Shown: positions 10,030 through 20,943, counted from the stretch's first letter. The stretch is 64,000 nucleotides of DNA from Bacteroidota bacterium (GCA_023424395.1 JAFADY010000037.1:1647-65646), one strand, 5' to 3'. Program-made: numbers and translations. Notes: generated from the sequence alone by a model not told the origin.

Positions 10030-11097
10030 ATGAAACGAAGATTATTGCTTTTGTTTTCTGTTTTTTTAAGTTACTTTCCTGCTCACGCGCAAGAATACAA
10101 TTGGGGGGTGAATTTCGATTATTTTTTCGATAATACCGAATATGGCAAATCTTCTCATATGGATTCTGAAACCATGAACGGTATTTGGATAGCTCCTATC
10201 GGTAGCATAATTTGGGACAACCGCCATTCGGTGAATGCCGGGGTTAATCTCTTGAAAATTCCCGGAATGGAAATGGTTATTGACAAAGCACACGTAACCA
10301 TGTATTATCAGTATAAAACCGATAAAATTCTTTTCAGGGCAGGTTCTTTTTCACGCAGAGATGTGTTGGGTAATTACAACAATTTCTTCTTCAAAGATTC
10401 GGTTAATAATTTCATGCCGTTAATGCAAGGTATTTTCTGGCAAATGGGAAATAACGATAATTTTTTTAATGCTTGGTTCGACAGAACCGGTTATGCCACT
10501 CCAACCAAACGCGAGCATTTTTTTGTGGGATTGTCGGGTAAATTTTCGAGAGGTCTATTTTTTGCCGATTTTCAATCGTATATGTTTCATTATTCAAATA
10601 CAAGGCCTTCAACTCCGGGACTGGGAGTAAGCGAAAATTTACAAATGCAAGCATCTGTCGGATTGCAATATGCCCATCAAAACAGTCTCTTAGGATTAAT
10701 TTCTGTTGGAACATTACTTGGTTACGAAAGAGACCGTCGTTTTGAGAACGAATTTTATAAACCGGTTGGTTTCGTTATGAGAGGCGACTTGGAATACGCA
10801 GGCATCGGGACAAGAAATATTTTGTATGTGGGCGACAACAGACAACGATTGGCCGATACATCCGGCAGTGAATTATACTGGGGAACACAATTTCTCAGAG
10901 AAAAGTTTTACCTCGAAAATGAATGGTACATCCGTTTGATAGAATCAGAAAGAATAAAAGCGCGGTTCAATTGTAACCTGCATTTTTCAGAAGGCAATGT
11001 TATGTTTCAGCAAATGCTTACCGTATCGGCCTCCATTGGAAACTCCATCGGAAATTCAAAAATAGTTTATCCCTGGATGGAAATATTCGGCCTCTAA
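10030..11097 (+). CDS. hypothetical outer-membrane (porin-like) protein
   Basis: Signal peptide ...SYFPAHAQ. Aromatic-rich beta-strand pattern throughout. No family recognised. Confidence 0.45.
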   Translation: MKRRLLLLFSVFLSYFPAHAQEYNWGVNFDYFFDNTEYGKSSHMDSETMNGIWIAPIGSIIWDNRHSVNAGVNLLKIPGMEMVIDKAHVTMYYQYKTDKILFRAGSFSRRDVLGNYNNFFFKDSVNNFMPLMQGIFWQMGNNDNFFNAWFDRTGYATPTKREHFFVGLSGKFSRGLFFADFQSYMFHYSNTRPSTPGLGVSENLQMQASVGLQYAHQNSLLGLISVGTLLGYERDRRFENEFYKPVGFVMRGDLEYAGIGTRNILYVGDNRQRLADTSGSELYWGTQFLREKFYLENEWYIRLIESERIKARFNCNLHFSEGNVMFQQMLTVSASIGNSIGNSKIVYPWMEIFGL

Positions 11098-11112
11098 ATG
11101 TAAAAACAAAAA

Positions 11113-13146
11113 ATGAACGATTTATTTAACAATAATCCATCCCAATCTTCAGCTGATTTAAAGATAATAGAAGAACTCCGCCGTAAATTGCACGAGCATA
11201 ATTACAATTACTATGTATTATCTCAACCAACGATTTCTGATTTCGAATTCGATGCGCTGATGCGCCAACTCATAGAGTTGGAAGAAGCACATCCCGAATA
11301 TTACGATCCGAACTCGCCTTCTGTGCGCGTGGGAAGTGACATTAACAAAAACTTTGTTCAGGAGAAACATCGCTACCCGATGTTATCGTTACAAAATACC
11401 TACTCAGAAGCGGAAGTAACTGAATTTTACAACAGGGTAAAACGTACTTTGAATGAAGATTTCGAAGTTGTTTGCGAGCTTAAATACGATGGCACGTCCA
11501 TTTCTCTTATCTACGAAAACAAAAAGCTCTCAAAGGCCATTACACGCGGCGACGGTAAACAAGGCGATGATGTAACGGCTAACGTGAGAACGATCCGAAG
11601 CGTACCGCTTATCTTGAAAGGCGATGATGTGCCTGGATATGTTGAAGTGAGGGGAGAGATCATGATGCCTTGGAGCGTTTTTGAGGAGTTAAATAAAGAA
11701 CGTGAAGAACAAGAAGAACCGTTGTTCGCCAATCCGCGAAATGCTGCATCGGGAACGCTGAAGATGCAAGACTCAAAAATAGTCGCTTCCCGTAAATTGG
11801 ATTCCTACATGTATTATTTGTTGGGAGAAAATTTGCCTACCGATAGCCATTTCGAAAATATGAAAATAGCCCAAAAGTGGGGATTACGGGTTTCCGAAGC
11901 GATAAAAAAATGCAAAACACTTGATGAGGTTTTCGAGTTTCTTAAACATTGGAATATAGAACGAAAAAACCTTCCGGTAGCTACTGATGGCGTTGTACTG
12001 AAAGTGGATTCACTTTCACAGCAACGCAATCTCGGCTCCACTTCCAAGTTCCCCCGATGGTCGATAGCGTATAAATTCAACGCCGAACAAGCCATCACAA
12101 GGCTCCAATCCGTTTCTTATCAAGTTGGCCGTACCGGCGCGATAACGCCTGTTGCCAATCTCGATCCCGTACTGCTTTCCGGCACTACTGTTAAACGGGC
12201 TTCCTTATACAACGAAGACGCCATATTGGCGTTGGATTTACATATCGGAGATATGGTTTATGTGGAAAAAGGCGGCGAAATAATACCCAAAATTACCGGA
12301 GTTGATAAAGAAGCCCGTTTTATGGTGGGCGATAAATTTACTTTTGCGAAACGTTGTCCCGATTGTGGTGCTACATTGGTTCGCAACGAAGATGAAGCAG
12401 TGCATTACTGTCCGAATTCCGAAAGTTGCCCACCTCAAATAAAAGGCAGAATTGAGCATTTTGTTACCCGCAAAGCAATGAATATTGCCATTGGCCCGGA
12501 AACCATTAATTTATTGTACGATAAAAATCTTATTAGAGATGCGGCCGATCTTTACGATTTGCGTTTTGATGATCTGATTCATTTGGAAAGATGGGCGGAG
12601 ACAAGCGCCAATAATCTTTTAACGAGTATAGAAAAATCGAAATCCGTTTCTTACGAACGGGTATTATTTGCTCTCGGGATCCGTTATGTGGGCGAAACGG
12701 TAGCACAAAAATTAGCGCAGGCCTTCCCCAATATCGATTTACTGGCTCAGGCAAACATAGAACAACTTACATTGGTTGAGGAAATTGGCGACCGAATTGC
12801 CCAAAGTGTTAAGGATTACTTCTCGAACGAAGTATTTATCAAATTTATCGGACGATTAAAAGAAAAAAATCTTCAATTCTCGCTTTCAGAAGATATTTTA
12901 GCCAAAAAAACGGATAAATTAAAGGGCTTGACAATTGTTATCAGCGGGACTTTCGATTTGCATTCTCGAGATGAATACAAAGCCATGATTTTGCAAAACG
13001 GCGGAAAAAACAGCGGTTCGGTATCGAAAAATACAGATTTCATACTAGCCGGAGACAATATGGGACCCGGAAAATTAGAAAAAGCAGAAAAATTAGGCGT
13101 AAAAATTATAAATGAGCAAGATTTTTTAAAAATGGTAGAACAATAA
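11113..13146 (+). CDS. ligA: NAD-dependent DNA ligase
   Basis: Adenylation motif ELKYDGTS, Zn finger [21 protein letters not shown], HhH region and C-terminal BRCT (IVISGTF...). Confidence 0.95.
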   Translation: MNDLFNNNPSQSSADLKIIEELRRKLHEHNYNYYVLSQPTISDFEFDALMRQLIELEEAHPEYYDPNSPSVRVGSDINKNFVQEKHRYPMLSLQNTYSEAEVTEFYNRVKRTLNEDFEVVCELKYDGTSISLIYENKKLSKAITRGDGKQGDDVTANVRTIRSVPLILKGDDVPGYVEVRGEIMMPWSVFEELNKEREEQEEPLFANPRNAASGTLKMQDSKIVASRKLDSYMYYLLGENLPTDSHFENMKIAQKWGLRVSEAIKKCKTLDEVFEFLKHWNIERKNLPVATDGVVLKVDSLSQQRNLGSTSKFPRWSIAYKFNAEQAITRLQSVSYQVGRTGAITPVANLDPVLLSGTTVKRASLYNEDAILALDLHIGDMVYVEKGGEIIPKITGVDKEARFMVGDKFTFAKRCPDCGATLVRNEDEAVHYCPNSESCPPQIKGRIEHFVTRKAMNIAIGPETINLLYDKNLIRDAADLYDLRFDDLIHLERWAETSANNLLTSIEKSKSVSYERVLFALGIRYVGETVAQKLAQAFPNIDLLAQANIEQLTLVEEIGDRIAQSVKDYFSNEVFIKFIGRLKEKNLQFSLSEDILAKKTDKLKGLTIVISGTFDLHSRDEYKAMILQNGGKNSGSVSKNTDFILAGDNMGPGKLEKAEKLGVKIINEQDFLKMVEQ

Positions 13147-13162
13147 ATTTTAAAAATTGTTA

Positions 13163-13170
13163 TATCTTTG
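13163..13170 (+). promoter_or_regulatory. -7 promoter box (TATCTTTG)
   Basis: Lies 58 nt upstream of the ATG at 13228. Confidence 0.5.
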
Positions 13171-13227
13171 TAGCGCAAAATAATTCGTTTTATTTTGTAA
13201 AATTACGTTTAATTAAAAAAGGAAATT

Positions 13228-13746
13228 ATGAAAATCAAAAATTTAACTAAATCGGTTATGATTGTTGCTCTATTAGGAGCAGTTACATTGTCTTCTTGCG
13301 ACAACACGAAACAAAATCGGAACACTACAGACGTTGACACTGCAGCGGTAGTTATTCAAAATGACGATGTTGTAACACGTAAAGATTTTTCTGTTTACAC
13401 CTACGAAGACAGAGAAAGAGTTGTAACAGAAGCCAATAGCGAATTAGACAGAATGGAGCAAAACATTGCTGAAAGAAAAGCCAGATTAGAAGCAGAATCG
13501 GCTCAAATGACTGCGGAAGCAAGAGCTGATTATGAAAGAAGAATTGCTGAACTCGAAAGAGAAAGAGACGAATTCAGAGCTGAAGTTGACAAAGTACAAA
13601 ATAGTACTGCAGAGAACTGGGAACAACTTAGAAGAGACATCGGTAATGCTTATGACAGAGCAGCTGCCGGCGTTGAAAGAGGTTGGGAAAACTTCAAAGA
13701 CGGAGTAGAAAAAGCCGCTAACGATGTAGAAGACGCAGTACAATAA
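13228..13746 (+). CDS. coiled-coil lipoprotein, function unknown
   Basis: Lipobox LSSC after the signal peptide. The remainder is E/R/A-rich and helical. Confidence 0.6.
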   Translation: MKIKNLTKSVMIVALLGAVTLSSCDNTKQNRNTTDVDTAAVVIQNDDVVTRKDFSVYTYEDRERVVTEANSELDRMEQNIAERKARLEAESAQMTAEARADYERRIAELERERDEFRAEVDKVQNSTAENWEQLRRDIGNAYDRAAAGVERGWENFKDGVEKAANDVEDAVQ

Positions 13747-13767
13747 TAGTCTTAAGCAAAAATTACG

Positions 13768-13796
13768 AAAAAGGGAGTTAAAAACTCCCTTTTTTA
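13768..13796. terminator. bidirectional intrinsic terminator
   Basis: Stem AAGGGAGTT / AACTCCCTT with a 3-nt loop, an A-tract on the 5' side and a T-tract on the 3' side. It lies between convergent genes. Confidence 0.8.
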
Positions 13797-15065
13797 TTAT
13801 CTCTCATGAGCAGTTCCGCGTCGTTCTGCTTTTACCATTTTGTAAAGTTGGTCGTTGGGACGGATTTTTTCGGGAGTTTTTATAGAAAAAAATTGTCCTT
13901 TACTGGCTTGCGATACCGGCTTTAAATCTACCCGTATATCTTTGGCTTTCAGGAAAACTGCTCCTGTAGTGGGCCCGGTAATTAGTAGTTCGTCGCCCTC
14001 ATTTACAGGTTGCGCCTCCACTAAAAATTCGCCTACGCTCAGATTTCCAAAAAATTTAATGGCTTTGCCCACATATACTTTTCGTTTTGTTGCTCCAGAG
14101 CCGTAACGATGTGTCCACTCGCCGAGGCGTTGTCCCAGATAATATCCGTCCCAAAACCCCCGATTGAAAACCGCTGCCAGTTTTTCGTTCCAAATATCTA
14201 TTTTTTTCTTTGTGAAATTATCGTTGCAATAAGCTTCGATAGCTTCTTTATAACATGAAGTTACAACACGCACATATTCGGGGCCGCGTGCACGCCCCTC
14301 GATTTTGAAAACCCGAACGCCCGCATCCATCATTTTATTCATAAAATGAATGGTTTTTAGGTCTTTCGGCGACATGATGTATTCATTGTCGATTTCAAGT
14401 TCAATTTCGCTGTCTTTGTCTTTAACTATATATCCGCGTCGGCAAATTTGGTTGCACGCCCCGCGGTTTGCCGATAAATCCTTTTCGTGAAGGCTTAGAT
14501 AGCATTTTCCCGAAACTGCCATGCACAGCGCTCCGTGCGCAAACATTTCGATTCTGATGAGTTCACCCGAAGGGCCTTTTATTCGTTGTTCGGTAATATC
14601 CTTATGAATAGCCGCAACTTGATCCAGATTAAGTTCACGAGCCAAAACCACCACATCGGCAAATTGGGCGTAAAACTTCAGAGAATCGGTATTGGTAATA
14701 TTTAGCTGCGTGGATAAATGAACTTCCACGCCAATGCTTCGCGCATACATCATCACAGCTACATCTGCCGCAATTATTGCCGAGAGTCGGGCTTCCTTGG
14801 CAGCATCCACAACACGGCGCATTAATTCCATATCGTTGTTATAGATAATGGTATTAACCGTGAGGTAGCTCTTAATACCGTTTTCTTTGCATATTTCGGC
14901 AATTTTGTGCAAGTCTTCGATGGTGAAATTATTAGAAGATTTGGCGCGCATATTTAATCCTTCTATGCCGAAATAAATGGAATCTGCCCCGCCCTGAATG
15001 GCCGCCATTAACGATTCGTAAGAACCAGCAGGCGACATAATTTCATAATCCTGAATATTTTTCAT
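13797..15065 (-). CDS. peptidase U32 family protein
   Basis: MKNIQDYEIMSPAGSYESLMAAIQGGADSIYFG is a typical U32 N-terminus. The -7 box at 15096-15103 supports the ATG at 15065 rather than 15098. Confidence 0.85.
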   Translation of the reverse strand: MKNIQDYEIMSPAGSYESLMAAIQGGADSIYFGIEGLNMRAKSSNNFTIEDLHKIAEICKENGIKSYLTVNTIIYNNDMELMRRVVDAAKEARLSAIIAADVAVMMYARSIGVEVHLSTQLNITNTDSLKFYAQFADVVVLARELNLDQVAAIHKDITEQRIKGPSGELIRIEMFAHGALCMAVSGKCYLSLHEKDLSANRGACNQICRRGYIVKDKDSEIELEIDNEYIMSPKDLKTIHFMNKMMDAGVRVFKIEGRARGPEYVRVVTSCYKEAIEAYCNDNFTKKKIDIWNEKLAAVFNRGFWDGYYLGQRLGEWTHRYGSGATKRKVYVGKAIKFFGNLSVGEFLVEAQPVNEGDELLITGPTTGAVFLKAKDIRVDLKPVSQASKGQFFSIKTPEKIRPNDQLYKMVKAERRGTAHER

Positions 15066-15095
15066 TCTAAAACTGTCAAGCTGTAATTTGAGTTG

Positions 15096-15103
15096 CAAAA
15101 TTA
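15096..15103 (-). promoter_or_regulatory. -7 promoter box (TAATTTTG on minus strand) for the U32 peptidase gene
   Basis: Plus-strand CAAAATTA lies 31 nt upstream of the ATG at 15065. Confidence 0.45.
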
Positions 15104-15197
15104 CAAAAAAATAAACAGGTTAAAAAATGGACTTTTCGCAAACTATTTAAATCGATAATACGTTAATTGTAAGGATATAAAAATCAATGTAAAAATT

Positions 15198-16118
15198 ATG
15201 AATAACAAACATCTTTTACTCTTCGCTATAACTTTGTTGTTTGTATCGTGCGGAAGCCGGAAAAATGCACTTCCTCCGGATAGTGTTTACACAAAAAATG
15301 AGCAGGCTATGTTGTACGAGTATCCTAAATTAAACGGATATCATGCACAAGTAATAAAAGTGGATCCGCGTGAATCGGAAGATAGGCTGAAAATACAAAT
15401 TGTGCCCGGCAAACAAATGGAGATCGATTGCAACAAACACGGTTTACAGGGAAAATACGAACGCAAAATGCTTGGAAATGGCGATACCTATTTCGTGTTT
15501 CTCTCAAAAGGAGAAGTGTTTTCTACAAAGATGGGATGCCCTGATAATACCAAAAGAATGTCTTTCGTTCCCGGCCCCACAATTTTTACTCCTTACAACA
15601 GCGCTCGTCCGTTTGTTGTTTACACGCCAACCGGTGTTGGTTTGAAATATCGTATTTGGGAAGCGGATGAAACACTATATAATGTCAGTAACAAAATAGA
15701 CTCATCCGTTAAAACCGATGCTGCTGATCTATTAAAAGCGTTTCCCGAATCGCTGCCGGGATATGACAGATATGTACTGTTATTAACTCCCTTATCTGAA
15801 AATCAGCAAACTACTGAAATGAAAGTAGAAATAATTCCCGGGAAGAACGAAAGGGTGGATTGCAACAAACATACATTGAACGGCAAATTGAGAACCGAAA
15901 CTGTAGAAGGTTGGGGATTGGAATATTTGGTTTTCGATTCCGATGGAAAATACGCTTCAACCCGCATGGGATGCCCCGATCAAAAACTTTCGGAAGAATT
16001 TATATTTGGACAAACACAAACCATTTCATACAATAGCGATGTTCCCACCGTTATCTTTGTGCCTAAAGGTTTTCAAGCAAAGTATCGGGTTTGGAAAAGC
16101 CCTGCGATTGTTTTGTAA
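15198..16118 (+). CDS. eco: tandem (two-domain) ecotin-family serine protease inhibitor, lipoprotein
   Basis: Lipobox FVSC. Two repeats (about aa 40-160 and 180-306) each align to E. coli ecotin: (I/V)DCNKH, STKMGCPD / STRMGCPD versus STMMACPD, VEGWGLEYLVFD versus LEGWGYDYYVFD, and KYR(I/V)W at the C-terminus. Confidence 0.8.
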   Translation: MNNKHLLLFAITLLFVSCGSRKNALPPDSVYTKNEQAMLYEYPKLNGYHAQVIKVDPRESEDRLKIQIVPGKQMEIDCNKHGLQGKYERKMLGNGDTYFVFLSKGEVFSTKMGCPDNTKRMSFVPGPTIFTPYNSARPFVVYTPTGVGLKYRIWEADETLYNVSNKIDSSVKTDAADLLKAFPESLPGYDRYVLLLTPLSENQQTTEMKVEIIPGKNERVDCNKHTLNGKLRTETVEGWGLEYLVFDSDGKYASTRMGCPDQKLSEEFIFGQTQTISYNSDVPTVIFVPKGFQAKYRVWKSPAIVL

Positions 16119-16190
16119 AAATTTATCCTTTTAGAAATTGTTTTTCGTATTTAATTCCGGCTATCGTTTTGGAATTAAAGTATTTTATCG

Positions 16191-16198
16191 TATCTTTG
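16191..16198 (+). promoter_or_regulatory. -7 promoter box (TATCTTTG) for the rpsF-rpsR-rplI operon
   Basis: Lies 56 nt upstream of the rpsF ATG. Confidence 0.55.
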
Positions 16199-16253
16199 CC
16201 GTCCGAAAAATTAAGTTTTTTCGATTAACCAATTAATAATTAATAATTTTAGT

Positions 16254-16670
16254 ATGAACAATTACGAAACCGTTTTCATTTTGACTCCCGTTTTGTCTGA
16301 TGCACAGATGAAGGAAGCGGTTGAAAAATTCAAAACCCTCCTCACAGATCAAGGAGCCGAAATTGTAAACGAAGAAAATTGGGGATTGCGTAAATTGGCA
16401 TATCCCATCGACAAAAAAACGACCGGATTCTACAACTTTATAGAATATAACGCAGATCCGACCGTTGTTGACAAGTTGGAAATTAACTTCCGCCGCGACG
16501 AACGTGTTATTCGCTTTTTAACAATTAAGCAAGATAAATTTGCACTGGAATATGCCGAAAAGAGAAGAAATAACAAAAACGGCAAAAAACAGGAAGCTCG
16601 CGCACAGGAGCCCGTAAAAGAAACCGTGGAAGCTGAAAAAGAAGTTGAATCAGAAGAAAAGGAGGATTAA
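16254..16670 (+). CDS. rpsF: 30S ribosomal protein S6
   Basis: [16 protein letters not shown]... with an acidic C-terminal tail. Sits in the S6-S18-L9 gene order. Confidence 0.95.
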   Translation: MNNYETVFILTPVLSDAQMKEAVEKFKTLLTDQGAEIVNEENWGLRKLAYPIDKKTTGFYNFIEYNADPTVVDKLEINFRRDERVIRFLTIKQDKFALEYAEKRRNNKNGKKQEARAQEPVKETVEAEKEVESEEKED

Positions 16671-16673
16671 AAA

Positions 16674-16940
16674 ATGGCTAAACAATCAGAAATCAGATAT
16701 TTAACGCCTGTATCGGTAGATGTTAAAAAGAAAAAATATTGCCGTTTCAAAAAGAACGGAATCAAATACATCGATTACAAAGACCCTGAATTTTTGAAAA
16801 AATTCCTGAACGAACAAGGCAAAATTTTACCGCGTAGAATTACCGGCACATCATTGAAGTTTCAACGCCGCGTTGCGCAAGCAGTTAAACGTGCACGCCA
16901 CATAGCTTTGCTTCCGTACGTAACCGATTTAATGAAATAA
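16674..16940 (+). CDS. rpsR: 30S ribosomal protein S18
   Basis: [18 protein letters not shown]...ILPRRITG...[11 protein letters not shown]. Confidence 0.95.
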   Translation: MAKQSEIRYLTPVSVDVKKKKYCRFKKNGIKYIDYKDPEFLKKFLNEQGKILPRRITGTSLKFQRRVAQAVKRARHIALLPYVTDLMK

Positions 16941-16953
16941 GGAGGAAAGAAAA

Positions 16954-17397
16954 ATGGAAGTAATTTTAAAAGAAGATATCCTTAGCTTAGGCTACAAAGA
17001 CGATGTAGTGAACGTGAAACGCGGTTATGCCCGCAACTACCTTATTCCGCAAGGAAAAGCGATTATCGCGAGTGAATCGGCTAAAAAAGTAATGAGCGAG
17101 AATTTGAAACAACGTGCCCACAAACTCGAAAAAGTAAAAGCCGACGCGCAAGCATTGGCAGATAAAATGGAAGGCGTAACCTTAACAATTGGCGCTAAAA
17201 CAAGTTCCACCGGAACAATTTTCGGTTCGGTTACCAACATCCAGATCGCTGACGCACTTAAAGAAAAAGGTTTCGATGTTGATAGAAAATTAATCGTTAT
17301 CAAAGACCAAGTAAAAGAAGTAGGAAATTACAACGCCATCGCTAAACTTCACAAAGAAGTTTCGGTGGATATTCCTTTCGAAGTGGTTGCCGAATAA
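16954..17397 (+). CDS. rplI: 50S ribosomal protein L9
   Basis: [36 protein letters not shown]. Confidence 0.95.
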   Translation: MEVILKEDILSLGYKDDVVNVKRGYARNYLIPQGKAIIASESAKKVMSENLKQRAHKLEKVKADAQALADKMEGVTLTIGAKTSSTGTIFGSVTNIQIADALKEKGFDVDRKLIVIKDQVKEVGNYNAIAKLHKEVSVDIPFEVVAE

Positions 17398-17420
17398 GGA
17401 TTACGGAAAGCCATCTAATT

Positions 17421-17464
17421 TTAGTGCATAAACCACATTTTGAATCCTGAGGGTTGTGCACTAA
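17421..17464 (+). terminator. possible hairpin terminator after rplI
   Basis: TTAGTGCATAAACC ... GGTTGTGCACTAA forms a stem of about 12 bp with one mismatch or bulge. There is no clean T-tract. Confidence 0.3.
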
Positions 17465-17543
17465 TTTAAACGCTCGCAGCAAGCAGGAATAAGCATTAAC
17501 GCCTTCACACAGGGTACGCTTTCAAAAGCAGTCATGTAAAAAT

Positions 17544-18557
17544 ATGACACAAAAGAAAATCCTTATTACCGGAGCAAGCGGTTTCATCGGCAGCACAGCG
17601 GTTGACAAAGCGTTGAAGTTAGGTTATGAAGTATGGGCGGGTATTCGCGCGAGCAGCAGCCGGAAATATTTGCTGGATGAACGTATTCATTTTATCGATC
17701 TGAATTATTCAGATAAACAGAAGTTGACTGCGCAACTACGGGAATTTACCGCGCAAAACGGTCGACTCAATGCTATCGTTCACATCGCCGGCATCACAAA
17801 AGCAGTAAAAAAATCGGATTTTGACGGTGTCAATTATTTGCACGTGAAAAATTTGGCAGATGCGCTTATCGAAACCGATTCCATACCGACCACTTTTGTT
17901 TTCATGAGCACCTTGGGCGCAGTAGGATCGGGTGATGAAAAAAACTACACGCCTCTTCCCTGCGATGCCGAACCCAACCCCAATACCGCATACGGCAAAA
18001 GCAAACTGAAAGCCGAAAATTATATTAAAAGTATTGACGGATTTCCTTACGTCATTCTTCGCCCTACGGGCGTTTACGGCCCGCGCGACAAAGATTACCT
18101 GATACTGATGCGCGCCGTAAAAAGCGGTTTAAACGTTGGAGCTGGTTTTCGCAAACAAATACTCACCTTTATTTTTGTAGAGGATTTGGTAAATATTATT
18201 TTCGATTGTATCGACAAAGCTATTTACCGAAAAGAATACAACGTAACCGACGGCGATATTTACACCGATGCCGAATTTAATTCCATTGTACAGCAAATAT
18301 TGCAGAAAAAACGTGTAATGCGGTTGAAAGTGCCGTTGTGGTTGGTAAAACCGGCAGCATTTTTGAGCGAGAAAATTTTCGGAATAATGAGCAAGCCCAC
18401 AACTTTCAATTCCGATAAATACAAAATAATGAAACAACGCAATTGGTCGTGCGACATAACTCCGCTACGCACGGATTTGGACTTTTCGCCGCGCTTCCCT
18501 TTAAAAAAAGGAGTGGAAAAAACCGTGAAATGGTATAAGGAAAATGGATGGTTGTAG
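17544..18557 (+). CDS. NAD-dependent epimerase/dehydratase family protein
   Basis: ILITGASGFIGS Rossmann motif and a YGKSK (YxxxK) catalytic motif. Confidence 0.8.
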   Translation: MTQKKILITGASGFIGSTAVDKALKLGYEVWAGIRASSSRKYLLDERIHFIDLNYSDKQKLTAQLREFTAQNGRLNAIVHIAGITKAVKKSDFDGVNYLHVKNLADALIETDSIPTTFVFMSTLGAVGSGDEKNYTPLPCDAEPNPNTAYGKSKLKAENYIKSIDGFPYVILRPTGVYGPRDKDYLILMRAVKSGLNVGAGFRKQILTFIFVEDLVNIIFDCIDKAIYRKEYNVTDGDIYTDAEFNSIVQQILQKKRVMRLKVPLWLVKPAAFLSEKIFGIMSKPTTFNSDKYKIMKQRNWSCDITPLRTDLDFSPRFPLKKGVEKTVKWYKENGWL

Positions 18558-18619
18558 CACAGTTTTAACATTTTAAGAACTAATAACGCGCACAAAATCA
18601 CTTAACATTCATTTTTTTA

Positions 18620-18627
18620 TATCTTTG
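18620..18627 (+). promoter_or_regulatory. -7 promoter box (TATCTTTG) for dapB
   Basis: Lies 22 nt upstream of the ATG at 18649. Confidence 0.5.
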
Positions 18628-18648
18628 TCGCTCAAAAACAGGTAAGTT

Positions 18649-19371
18649 ATGAAAATTGCACTCATCGGTTACGGAAAAATGGGAAAAGAGATTGAGAAAG
18701 TCGCCCTCGAGCGCGGACACGAAATTGTTTGCACTATTGATATGAATCAAGAGGATAAGTTCTCGTCGCCACAGTTTCAAAGCGCCGATGTAGCTATTGA
18801 ATTTACATCGCCCGACAGCGCTCTATCCAATTACCGGAAAGCGTTTGCGGCGAATGTTCCCGTAGTCTCGGGCACGACCGGATGGTTGGAGCATTTACCC
18901 GAAGTGAAATTGGCGTGCGAAAACGATGGTAAAACTTTTTTCTATGCGTCCAACTTCAGTTTGGGAGTAAATATCTTCTTTGCGCTGAACAATTATTTGG
19001 CAAAGATCATGAACCAATTCCCCGATTACGATGTGCGCATGGAAGAAACCCACCACATTCATAAACTCGACGCCCCAAGCGGAACGGCGATAACTCTTGC
19101 CGAAGGCATTTTGGAAAGCATCGATCGCAAAGAAAAATGGGTGTTAGATAATCCTGCTTCACAGAACGAATTGCAAATTACCGCTTTTCGCGAAGGCGAA
19201 GTTCCCGGCATTCATACCGTAGTTTACGAATCGGAGGCCGACAGCATTCGTATTACACACGACACCAAAAGTCGTCGAGGCTTTGCCTTAGGAGCCGTTT
19301 TAGCGGCGGAATTCACAAAAGATAAAAAAGGTTTTTTAGGAATGAAAGATATGCTGAATCTAAGCTTTTAA
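18649..19371 (+). CDS. dapB: 4-hydroxy-tetrahydrodipicolinate reductase
   Basis: MKIALIGYGKMG and the ETHHIHKLDAPSGTA signature. Confidence 0.9.
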   Translation: MKIALIGYGKMGKEIEKVALERGHEIVCTIDMNQEDKFSSPQFQSADVAIEFTSPDSALSNYRKAFAANVPVVSGTTGWLEHLPEVKLACENDGKTFFYASNFSLGVNIFFALNNYLAKIMNQFPDYDVRMEETHHIHKLDAPSGTAITLAEGILESIDRKEKWVLDNPASQNELQITAFREGEVPGIHTVVYESEADSIRITHDTKSRRGFALGAVLAAEFTKDKKGFLGMKDMLNLSF

Positions 19372-19398
19372 CAATTACAACAATCTCATTCAAACTAT

Positions 19399-20898
19399 AT
19401 GACTCAACAAAAAAACAATTCTGCCCGCCAATCCCGTTCTTTTCAGGACAGATTGAAAGCAACTACCCGCCGCCAATGGATTTGGTTCGCCGTTTGGACG
19501 TTGGCAACCCTCCTTTTTGCGTTTTGGTTCGGCAGCCCGTGGATATTGCTTTTTATCCTCCTGTTTTTCGATATTTACATCACTAAATTTATTCCTTTGA
19601 CGTGGTGGAAAAAATCGGAGAACAAAGCCGTGCGAAAAACCATGGAATGGGTAGATGCGATTCTCTTTGCGCTAATCGCGGTGTATTTTATCAACACGTT
19701 TTTCTTTCAGAATTATCAGATTCCGACTTCGTCGCTCGAAAAATCGTTGCTCGTAGGCGATTTTCTTGCCGTGAGCAAACTCAGTTACGGCCCACGCGCG
19801 CCCATAACGCCTCTTTCGTTTCCGTTGGCACAACACACCATGCCCGTTATCGGCGGAAAATCGTATATCGATAAACCGCAATGGAAATACCGTCGCCTGA
19901 AAGGTTTCGGCGAAGTAAAACGAAATGATATCGTTGTGTTCAACTTCCCTCCCGGGGACACAGTCGCGCTAAACATGCAGGGAGTAGATTTCTATCTACT
20001 TTCAAAATATAACAGCAACGGCAGCGCAGGAGTGAGATCAGATAAAAGACAGTATGGAGATATCGTCTATCGTCCGGTTGATCGACGCGAGAATTACGTA
20101 AAACGATGCATCGGGCTTCCCGGAGAAACCATCGAATTAAAAAACGACAGCGTTTATATTGATGGCATTTTCTTGCCGAATCCTCGATTGTCGCAACAAA
20201 ATTACATGATTCAAACCGATGGGACGGTAATCTCACCCGAAGTTTTTAACGAATTGGGTATCAACAAAGATGACTATTTCACGCAAGACAACTACGGCCA
20301 AGTGGTTACACGCACACAAGACCTAACCGGCGTTGACAGCACTAACATGGCTCTTTTCGGTTTGCAGCAACGCAACGGCACCAACGGACGAATTTATTAC
20401 AACATTCCCATGACCGATGAAATGGTGCAACAAATGAAAGCCAAACCGTTTGTTTGGAGTGTAATAAAGGAAAAAGAACAATCCGGTTCAAGCTATTATT
20501 ATCCGTTGGATTACGAAACCGGATGGACGCGCGATACCTTTGGGCCGTTATGGATTCCAAAAAAAGGCTCAACCATTACATTTGATACCGATGTGGACTA
20601 TAAAGTAGCCGCTTATGAACGCTGTATCAAAAATTACGAAGGCAACGATTTCGCATATCGCGACGGAAAAGTTTTCGTTGACGGACAGCAAGTAGATTCC
20701 TACACCTTTAAATATGATTATTACTTTATGATGGGCGATAACCGACACAATTCTGCCGACTCGCGCGTATGGGGCTTTGTGCCCGAAGATCATATTGTGG
20801 GACAACCCATGCTTATTTGGCTTTCGTTGGAAAAAGACAAAGGATGGTTCAACGGAAAAATCCGTTGGAGGCGGTTGTTTAGTAGTGCGAAGAAGTAA
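19399..20898 (+). CDS. lepB: signal peptidase I (large Bacteroidota type)
   Basis: IPTSSLEKSLLVGDFL (catalytic Ser box), YVKRCIGLPGE (Lys box) and GDNRHNSADSRVWGFVP. Confidence 0.9.
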   Translation: MTQQKNNSARQSRSFQDRLKATTRRQWIWFAVWTLATLLFAFWFGSPWILLFILLFFDIYITKFIPLTWWKKSENKAVRKTMEWVDAILFALIAVYFINTFFFQNYQIPTSSLEKSLLVGDFLAVSKLSYGPRAPITPLSFPLAQHTMPVIGGKSYIDKPQWKYRRLKGFGEVKRNDIVVFNFPPGDTVALNMQGVDFYLLSKYNSNGSAGVRSDKRQYGDIVYRPVDRRENYVKRCIGLPGETIELKNDSVYIDGIFLPNPRLSQQNYMIQTDGTVISPEVFNELGINKDDYFTQDNYGQVVTRTQDLTGVDSTNMALFGLQQRNGTNGRIYYNIPMTDEMVQQMKAKPFVWSVIKEKEQSGSSYYYPLDYETGWTRDTFGPLWIPKKGSTITFDTDVDYKVAAYERCIKNYEGNDFAYRDGKVFVDGQQVDSYTFKYDYYFMMGDNRHNSADSRVWGFVPEDHIVGQPMLIWLSLEKDKGWFNGKIRWRRLFSSAKK

Positions 20899-20943
20899 GA
20901 AGCTTTTGGCTATATCAAGGGCTTTAACTGATATTTATGCCGA

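Noticed and set aside
17398-17543. Possible ncRNA or riboswitch in the relatively GC-rich 146-nt spacer after rplI.
   Set aside because: Only one imperfect hairpin is visible. I do not recognise any known motif (the Bacteroidales-1 motif is associated with rplT, not rplI). It cannot be supported without covariation analysis.
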